Below, piece after piece: positions 57,468 through 64,000 of a stretch of 64,000 nucleotides of DNA; the first letter of the stretch is position 1; each line of letters begins with the position of its first letter. The DNA is from PVC group bacterium. GTDB lineage: Bacteria > Omnitrophota > Gorgyraeia > B26-G9. The translations under genes and the position numbers were made by a program. The stretch covers positions 36,593-100,592 of the forward strand of contig JAAEQR010000142.1 of NCBI GenBank assembly GCA_024231215.1. Direction: 5' to 3'. A model generated the notes under the pieces. That model was given only the letters and a program-made list of their open reading frames with translations, had not been told where the DNA came from and searched no databases.

Positions 57468-58271
57468 ATGGACAGAAAAGCTATTGTTGCAGGTCACTTT
57501 TATCCCAAGACCCAGGAATCACTAAAAAAGAATCTTGAACAATTGATAGATAAAACACAAGTAACCAAAGATGCTCTAGCGGTTATTATGCCTCATGCTG
57601 GGTACAGCTATTCCGGCGCAATAGCTGGAAAAACCATATCTCAGATAAAGGTAAAAGACACAGCAATAATTCTAGGACCGAATCATACGGGTCTTGGCAT
57701 GCCTTATAGCCTAGTGAACGAAGGCACGTGGACAACCCCTTTAGGAAAAATAAAAATCAACCAAGAATTAGCTGATTTACTGCTTGCTAACTCTGAACAT
57801 ATAAAAAATGATGAAACATCCCATGTGTATGAGCATTCAATTGAAGTCGAATTACCATTTCTGCAATATCTAAATAATGCAATAAATATCGTTCCAATGA
57901 TTATTTCTGATTTCAATATTAAATATCTTCAGATTGTAGGAGAGCAAATAGCAAAGGCAATTAAAACATACTCACAGCCTACACTTATAGTCGCAAGCAC
58001 AGATATGACCCATTATGAGCCACACGACCAGGCTAAAGAGAAAGATTTAAAAGCTATTGATGCTATTTTAGAACTAGATCCCAAAAAATTACATTCTGTG
58101 GTAACAGAAAATAAAATCTCCATGTGCGGGCTAGCACCTGTTACTACAACTCTGTTTGCCTGTAAAGCATTGGGAGCGACTAAAGCAGAGCTTATAGGCT
58201 ATACGACTAGCGGAGAGCTCTCAGGAGATTATGACAATGTTGTCGGTTACGCGGGAATTGTAATCAAATAA
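57468..58271 (+). CDS. MEMO1-family protein (AmmeMemoRadiSam system protein B-like)
   Basis: AIVAGHFYP, MPHAGYSYSG and ILGPNHTG are MEMO1 hallmarks. Confidence 0.8.
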   Translation: MDRKAIVAGHFYPKTQESLKKNLEQLIDKTQVTKDALAVIMPHAGYSYSGAIAGKTISQIKVKDTAIILGPNHTGLGMPYSLVNEGTWTTPLGKIKINQELADLLLANSEHIKNDETSHVYEHSIEVELPFLQYLNNAINIVPMIISDFNIKYLQIVGEQIAKAIKTYSQPTLIVASTDMTHYEPHDQAKEKDLKAIDAILELDPKKLHSVVTENKISMCGLAPVTTTLFACKALGATKAELIGYTTSGELSGDYDNVVGYAGIVIK

Positions 58272-58283
58272 AAGGAGAATATC

Positions 58284-58640
58284 ATGACCGAAAAAAAAGT
58301 GGATGAAGGATGGAAAGAAAAAGCAGCAACAGAAAAAGAAACACCGCAAACACCGGTTGACGAAGAAATAGAACAGCCGCAACAGCAGCAGCAAATGCCT
58401 CCGGTTGACTTTAGCTTATTTATTTCCAGTTTGGGAATGCAAGCTTTGCTATCACTGGGAGAAATAGAAAACCCAATGACTAACAAAAAAGAACAAGATC
58501 TTATTCAAGCCAAGTATCTTATTGATACCATGGAAATGATCCAGGGAAAAACAACCGGAAACTTAACTGATGACGAACAAAAAATGCTAGATCAGATACT
58601 ATACGAATTAAGGATGAAATTTGTATCCATTTCAAAATAA
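58284..58640 (+). CDS. DUF1844-like small acidic protein
   Basis: PPVDFSLFISSLGMQALLSLGEIENPMTNKKEQDLIQAKYLIDTMEMIQGKTTGNLTDDEQKMLDQILYELRMKFV. Confidence 0.45.
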   Translation: MTEKKVDEGWKEKAATEKETPQTPVDEEIEQPQQQQQMPPVDFSLFISSLGMQALLSLGEIENPMTNKKEQDLIQAKYLIDTMEMIQGKTTGNLTDDEQKMLDQILYELRMKFVSISK

Positions 58641-58644
58641 GTAT

Positions 58645-58673
58645 TTGTAATAGATGCAGGTTAAGTTTATAAT
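58645..58673 (+). promoter_or_regulatory. Sigma70-type promoter for recA (TTGTAA-17 nt-TATAAT)
   Basis: -35 TTGTAA at 58645-58650, a 17-nt spacer, and -10 TATAAT at 58668-58673. No CTGT-N8-ACAG LexA box is evident. Confidence 0.5.
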
Positions 58674-58712
58674 AAAAGTTCAAAATATCTAACTTCAGAA
58701 GGGAGTAAGATC

Positions 58713-59750
58713 ATGAAAAAAAGAGATGTAGAAACCATAAAAGATGACAAAAACCAGGGCGGATCAGAAAAACTAAAAGCGCTTGACTTGGCTTTGAGCC
58801 AGATAGAAAAACAGTTTGGCAAAGGCTCTATTATGAAATTAGGAGCAGATACCAAGCTTAATATAGAATCTATTCCGACCGGATCTTTAACGCTTGATAT
58901 TGCCTTGGGTATCGGCGGAGTTCCTCGCGGCAGAGTAGTAGAAGTATACGGGCCTGAATCAAGCGGAAAAACTACGCTGAGCATAAGTATTGCAGCTCAA
59001 GCTCAAAAAAAAGGCGGAGTTGCAGCATTCATCGATGCAGAACATGCATTTGACCCGTCTTATGCCAAAAAACTAGGAATAAACTTAGATGAACTTTTAA
59101 TCTCTCAACCCGATACAGGTGAACAAGCTTTAGAAATTGCCGAAACATTGGTTAGAAGTAATGCTGTAGACGTGATAATTGTTGATTCCGTAGCCGCGTT
59201 AACTCCTAAAGCGGAGATTGAAGGAGATATGGGTGACTCCCACATGGGCTTACAAGCACGTCTTATGTCACAAGCTCTGCGAAAATTAACCGCAGCAATC
59301 TCAAAATCCAAAACCTGCGTAATCTTCATTAATCAAATCCGCATGAAAATCGGGGTTATGTTTGGCAACCCAGAAACAACTACAGGAGGAAGAGCTTTAA
59401 AATTTTACGCTTCCGTACGTCTTGATATCAGAAGAATCGAAACATTAAAAGTCCAGGACGTAGTCACCGGCACTCGAGTTCGAGTCAAGGTAGTGAAAAA
59501 CAAAGTTGCTCCGCCATTCCGTCAGGCTGAATTTGAAATTTTACACGCAGAAGGAATATCACGTGAATCTGATATTATTGATCTGGGAATACGACACGGG
59601 CTAATTCTAAAATCCGGAGCATGGTTTACATGCGGTGAAGAAAAACTGGGGCAGGGAAAAGAAAACGCAAAGGCTTTCTTAAGAGAAAACAAAAAACTAA
59701 CAGCTGAGCTTGAAAAAAAGATACGAGAACAAACAGACGCAAAAAAGTAA
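58713..59750 (+). CDS. recA: Recombinase A
   Basis: [29 protein letters not shown]. Full RecA core. Confidence 0.95.
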   Translation: MKKRDVETIKDDKNQGGSEKLKALDLALSQIEKQFGKGSIMKLGADTKLNIESIPTGSLTLDIALGIGGVPRGRVVEVYGPESSGKTTLSISIAAQAQKKGGVAAFIDAEHAFDPSYAKKLGINLDELLISQPDTGEQALEIAETLVRSNAVDVIIVDSVAALTPKAEIEGDMGDSHMGLQARLMSQALRKLTAAISKSKTCVIFINQIRMKIGVMFGNPETTTGGRALKFYASVRLDIRRIETLKVQDVVTGTRVRVKVVKNKVAPPFRQAEFEILHAEGISRESDIIDLGIRHGLILKSGAWFTCGEEKLGQGKENAKAFLRENKKLTAELEKKIREQTDAKK

Positions 59751-59753
59751 AAA

Positions 59754-61193
59754 ATGCTAAAAAACAGTAAAAAGCTAACAATCTATCGCTTAAGCATGTA
59801 TGTTTTGCTAATAGGGGGATTTGTGTTTGTCTCCCAATTACCTGCTTTATCAGCAACTGATTTACTATTACAAATTGAACAAAAAACATCCAGACTAGCT
59901 GAAGATGTAGGTAAAGCTGTCGTCAGTATTAGTACCGAGAGAACAGAGATCATAAAAGAACAGGATCGTTCTTTCGGAGACGAATATTATGAACGTTTTT
60001 TTCAAGACTTTCTCTACGGGAAAATAGCACAACGCGCTTATAAAAAAATCGGCCTAGGCTCAGGCGTAATTATCGATAGTCAAGGGCACATAATAACTAA
60101 TGAGCATATAATCAGCAATGCTGATAAGATAATCGTCACACTTACTGATGGCCGACAATTTCAAGCAAATATAAAAGGATCTAACTATGCGACTGATTTA
60201 GCTATCATAAAAATTAATGCGCCTGATATCCATCATGCAAAAATAGGAAATTCCGACAGTATAAAACCGGGACAACTGGCTTTTGCGCTCGGAAATCCTT
60301 TTGGTTTTGCAGTCGAGAAACCAGAACCAAGTATAAACTTCGGTATTATTAGCGCATTAAATCAGTCTTTACCAAAAATTGCACAAAGCGATCGGGTCTA
60401 TAAAAAGCTGATTCAAACTGATGCAGGAATCAATATCGGCAATTCAGGCGGCCCATTAGTTAATATTCACGGTGAAGTTATCGGGATAAACGTTGCTGTT
60501 TACAATGCCAGTCGTGGAACGAATGGAATTGGTTTTGCCATTCCAAGCAACTCCGCAAAATTGATTTTAGATAATATTATACAAGGAGAAGAAATCCTTT
60601 ACGAATGGCTGGGAATTAACATCCACGATCTAAATCCAGCTCTGGCAAACTATTTTGGTTTAAGTAAGCCCCGCGGTGTTTTAGTAGCTGGAGTTCGTCC
60701 GGGAAGTCCGGCAGAAAAAGCCGGTTTTGAAGAAAAAGATATTATTTTCAAATTTAATCGGGAAAAAGTAAAAAACACTCTGGAATTTATCGACAGTATA
60801 AAAAAAAGAAAGACCGGAGCCAAACTAAAAGTTAAAGTTATCCGAAGAACTATTATCCGGGAACTAAATTTAACTATTGGTAAACGTCCAACAGGTATCA
60901 ATAAAAACAAACAAAAAAAGCTTTCTAAGACATCGGGGCAACTTAAAAAACAAAACCTAAATATCCCAGAATGGCGCGGCCTGGAAGTAAAGAAAGAACA
61001 AGGTGGCATAACTATAGTCAATGTCCGCCAGAATAGTTCGGCAGAGACAGGTGGACTAAAACAAGGCGATATTATCAATGCGGTTGACGCATTCGAAATA
61101 AAGACCCTGGATGATTACAAAAAAGCAATTGATACAGCTTCCGGAAATGTGTTGATTAAAACCCAACACGGGTATTTAGTTATTACCGAATAA
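59754..61193 (+). CDS. Periplasmic serine endoprotease DegP/HtrA family (trypsin domain plus 2 PDZ)
   Basis: Catalytic triad context HIITNEH, DLAIIKI and GNSGGPLVN. Two PDZ domains. Confidence 0.85.
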   Translation: MLKNSKKLTIYRLSMYVLLIGGFVFVSQLPALSATDLLLQIEQKTSRLAEDVGKAVVSISTERTEIIKEQDRSFGDEYYERFFQDFLYGKIAQRAYKKIGLGSGVIIDSQGHIITNEHIISNADKIIVTLTDGRQFQANIKGSNYATDLAIIKINAPDIHHAKIGNSDSIKPGQLAFALGNPFGFAVEKPEPSINFGIISALNQSLPKIAQSDRVYKKLIQTDAGINIGNSGGPLVNIHGEVIGINVAVYNASRGTNGIGFAIPSNSAKLILDNIIQGEEILYEWLGINIHDLNPALANYFGLSKPRGVLVAGVRPGSPAEKAGFEEKDIIFKFNREKVKNTLEFIDSIKKRKTGAKLKVKVIRRTIIRELNLTIGKRPTGINKNKQKKLSKTSGQLKKQNLNIPEWRGLEVKKEQGGITIVNVRQNSSAETGGLKQGDIINAVDAFEIKTLDDYKKAIDTASGNVLIKTQHGYLVITE

Positions 61194-61195
61194 CT

Positions 61196-61678
61196 ATGAA
61201 AAAAACATTAGGGCAGGCAAAAAACTACGCGTTTAGGCTTTTAAATTTTCGTTTGCGCAGCAAAAGAGAAGTTAAAAATAAGCTTAAAAGCAAAGATTTT
61301 CCTACTCACATCATTAAAGAAGTACTTGATTTTTTAGTCGATTTAAGGTATGTTGATGACTTAAATTTCGCACAATTATGGGTCAGCAGTAGACTGCGTA
61401 CAAAACCGCGCAGCAAACGCTTTCTCAGATACGAATTGCTGAAAAAAGGGGTCAATAAGGAAATTATCGAAACAGTATTAGCCCCGATTGATTCTGCGCA
61501 GGAAATAACAATCGCACGAGAAGCCGCAGAAAATAAAATGCGAACGCTAAAAAAGCTGGATAAAGCCGTCATTAAGCGCCGATTATTTGGTTATTTACAA
61601 CGACGCGGATTTTCCGCTCAGATAACAATACAAATTGCAAAAGAACTATTGGAAAAAATGGAAAACCATGAAAAGTAA
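61196..61678 (+). CDS. recX: RecA regulator RecX
   Basis: Three-helix repeat protein LRYVDDLNFAQLWVSSRL. Conserved position with recA and alaS. Confidence 0.8.
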   Translation: MKKTLGQAKNYAFRLLNFRLRSKREVKNKLKSKDFPTHIIKEVLDFLVDLRYVDDLNFAQLWVSSRLRTKPRSKRFLRYELLKKGVNKEIIETVLAPIDSAQEITIAREAAENKMRTLKKLDKAVIKRRLFGYLQRRGFSAQITIQIAKELLEKMENHEK

Positions 61679-64000
61679 CGAAGTAAGAAGTAAATTTTTA
61701 AAATTCTTTAAATCTAAAGATCATAAAATAGCCAAGAGTGATTCATTAGTACCGCAAAATGATCCTTCTGTACTGTTTACATCCGCGGGGATGAACCAGT
61801 TTAAAGAACAGTTCATGGGTAAAATCACTGATTTTAGCCGCGCTGCAAGCTCACAAAAGTGTATGCGAACAGCTGATCTGGTAAATGTAGGAAAAAGCCC
61901 GACACATCATACCTTTTTTGAAATGCTTGGTAATTTCTCTTTTGGCGACTACTTTAAAACCGAAGCGATCAGCTGGGCCTGGGAGTTCGTGACTAAAGTG
62001 CTATCTTTACCCAAAGAACGACTTTGGATATCAGTTTATCATAAAGACCAGGAAGCTTATGATATATGGACTAAAACAATCAAGATCCCTAAAGAACGAA
62101 TAGTTAAGCTAGGGGATAAAGACAATTTCTGGCCGGCTAATGCACCCACAGACGGTCCTAATGGGCCGTGCGGGCCATGCTCTGAGATATTCTATGATTG
62201 GACCGAAAATTACGGTTGCAAAAAACCTGATTGTAATCCTGCTTGTGACTGTGGTAGATTCACTGAAATATGGAATTTAGTATTTACTCAATATAATCGG
62301 CAGTCTGATGGCAGTCTCAATCCATTGCCAAGCAAAAACATCGATACCGGTATGGGCTTAGAACGTATTACCAGTGTAATGCAAGATAAACGCGAAAACT
62401 ATGATACAGATCTATTTGTTCCGATCATTAACGCGATAAAAGAAAACTTAAAAAGAGAAAACATCACTCCGGATAATGCTTGGCTTGACAGTCAGGCTAA
62501 AGCAATTGCCGATCATATCAGAGCAGTAACATTTGCAATCACCGATGGGGTTATCCCGTCAAATGAAAGTCGTGGATATGTAATTAGAAAACTTATTCGA
62601 AGATCAATTATGTATCTTAAACAAACCGGGTTTGAAAAACCATTTTGCTATAAATTGGTATATGTAATTGCAGATAACATGAAAGAGCCTTACCCTGAAG
62701 TATTAGAACGACATGAAAATATCGCCGGCATACTTAAAAAAGAAGAGGAGATGTTCTGGGCCATACTTAAAGAACGAGCTCCGCAGGCAGATGAAGCATT
62801 TAAAGCATTAGTAGCTAAATCAAAAAACGGTGCAGATGCTGCACAACTCGCATTTAATCAATACGATACCTTTGGGGTACCGTTAGAAATAAGCAAAGAA
62901 ATAGCTCGAAAATACAATCTGGTTATTTCTGATGATGACTTTGAAAAAGAAATGGATAAACAAAGAGAACGCTCACGCAGCGGCACACAAATCGCCGGAG
63001 AAATTTTCGCTAAGACCACCGGACACCTGATTCAAGGTATAAAGAGTGACTTTATCGGATATGATAGCCTGTCCGCAGAATCTAAGGTCATCGCGATCAT
63101 AAAAAATGATGCTCTAGTTGATGAAGCAGAAAAAAACGAAGAGGTAGACATCATCTTAGCCAAAACACCGTTTTATGCGGAAGCCGGCGGCCAGATAGGC
63201 GATACAGGACTTATCAGTGCAGATGATTTTAGTGCTGAAGTAATTAACACTATAAAAGTTGATGCCGCAATATTGCACAGAGTAAAAATCAAAAAAGGAA
63301 CTATAAAAAAAGGTTCAACTGTTCTGGCTGAAGTAAATAAGGGATTTCGTTTTTTAACCATGCGCAATCATACCGCAACCCATATTCTACAATACGCACT
63401 CAGAAAAACTTTAGGTAAAAACGTTGAACAGTCAGGGTCATATGTTACCCCTGAAAAACTACGCTTTGATTTTACGCACCTTGAGCAATTATCACCTAAA
63501 ACTATTGCTGAGATTGAAAATTTAGTTAATGAATGTATCTGGGATAATTATCCGGTACATACAAACATCACGAGCATTAATGAAGCAAAGGAAAAAGGAG
63601 CATTAGCTTTCTTTCAGGAAAAATACGGAGATACGGTACGCGTTGTTTCCGTGGAAAATCACTCCCAGGAATTATGCGGGGGAACACATGTAAATGCCAC
63701 CGGAGAAATAGGCTTATTTAAAATTACTTCCGAAAGCTCCATTGCCCAGGGTATCAGGCGCATTGAAGCAGTCACTAGTAAAGAAGCATTCAACCGTGCC
63801 CAGGAAAAAGAAAAGACTATATCAGAGATAAGCCGGCTTTTTAAAACATCTCCGGAAAACCTTATAAGTACGGCTCAGAAGCTGGCTGAACAGGTTAAAA
63901 CGCAGGAAAAAGAATTAGCAAAGCATAAAAAAACGTCAGCCTCACAAGAAGCTGATACACTACTTGATTCTGCGCAAAATATAAACAACATAGCGGTCAT
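61668..64000 (+). CDS. alaS: Alanine--tRNA ligase (3'-truncated at window edge)
   Basis: The ATG at 61668 gives MKSNEVRSKFLKFFKSKDHKIAKSDSLVPQNDPSVLFTSAGMNQFKEQFMG. Class II motifs and Zn-binding HxxxH/C region later. The ORF runs off the window, so it is absent from the ORF track. Confidence 0.9.
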   Translation, partial: MKSNEVRSKFLKFFKSKDHKIAKSDSLVPQNDPSVLFTSAGMNQFKEQFMGKITDFSRAASSQKCMRTADLVNVGKSPTHHTFFEMLGNFSFGDYFKTEAISWAWEFVTKVLSLPKERLWISVYHKDQEAYDIWTKTIKIPKERIVKLGDKDNFWPANAPTDGPNGPCGPCSEIFYDWTENYGCKKPDCNPACDCGRFTEIWNLVFTQYNRQSDGSLNPLPSKNIDTGMGLERITSVMQDKRENYDTDLFVPIINAIKENLKRENITPDNAWLDSQAKAIADHIRAVTFAITDGVIPSNESRGYVIRKLIRRSIMYLKQTGFEKPFCYKLVYVIADNMKEPYPEVLERHENIAGILKKEEEMFWAILKERAPQADEAFKALVAKSKNGADAAQLAFNQYDTFGVPLEISKEIARKYNLVISDDDFEKEMDKQRERSRSGTQIAGEIFAKTTGHLIQGIKSDFIGYDSLSAESKVIAIIKNDALVDEAEKNEEVDIILAKTPFYAEAGGQIGDTGLISADDFSAEVINTIKVDAAILHRVKIKKGTIKKGSTVLAEVNKGFRFLTMRNHTATHILQYALRKTLGKNVEQSGSYVTPEKLRFDFTHLEQLSPKTIAEIENLVNECIWDNYPVHTNITSINEAKEKGALAFFQEKYGDTVRVVSVENHSQELCGGTHVNATGEIGLFKITSESSIAQGIRRIEAVTSKEAFNRAQEKEKTISEISRLFKTSPENLISTAQKLAEQVKTQEKELAKHKKTSASQEADTLLDSAQNINNIAV

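Noticed and set aside
58641-58712. LexA or Cheo SOS box upstream of recA
   Set aside because: No CTGT-N8-ACAG or CGAACRNRYGTTCG motif found. Only a sigma70-like promoter.

Overview
AT-rich (about 35% GC) bacterial chromosomal window, Gram-negative type: LPS genes kdsA/kdsD/kdsC/lptB/lptFG, a PilQ-type secretin and a TonB-like protein are present. It is densely coding and mostly on the + strand, with core housekeeping genes: lepA, lepB, der, plsY, gpsA, hom, thrC, metK, ahcY, fba, recA, recX and a partial alaS at the 3' edge. No CRISPR arrays, transposases or integrases were seen. The standout locus is at 26.1-33.5 kb. It has a consensus sigma70 promoter, then a candidate c-di-GMP-I (GEMM) riboswitch with an intrinsic-terminator expression platform. 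A 41-codon hydrophobic uORF follows, whose stop overlaps the start codon of a 2,294-aa signal-peptide-bearing protein. That protein is built from about 40 degenerate YD/RHS-like repeats and carries one dockerin-like Ca-binding pair. A standalone PilZ protein and a pilO/pilP/pilQ-like set lie in the same window. Other points of interest are listed below. There is a GC-rich, rod-like structured RNA with nested perfect helices and a perfect promoter upstream of an M16 peptidase gene. A hom-thrC-apgM-like arrangement is present, where the apgM-like gene is the proposed non-orthologous homoserine kinase. An rpoN-less hpf-ptsN-yvcK-ptsH-ptsI (PTS-Ntr) operon sits directly after lptB. A secreted metzincin carries a conserved Cys-containing C-terminal module (CFIATACYG...LRKFRD) and lies next to a FadL/PorV-like small outer-membrane barrel and a GspC-like PDZ protein. 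There is also a Tat-like DUF362 protein paired with a NapH-like polyferredoxin. Most promoter and terminator calls were read by eye from the sequence. They would need folding, covariance-model searches or transcript mapping to confirm.
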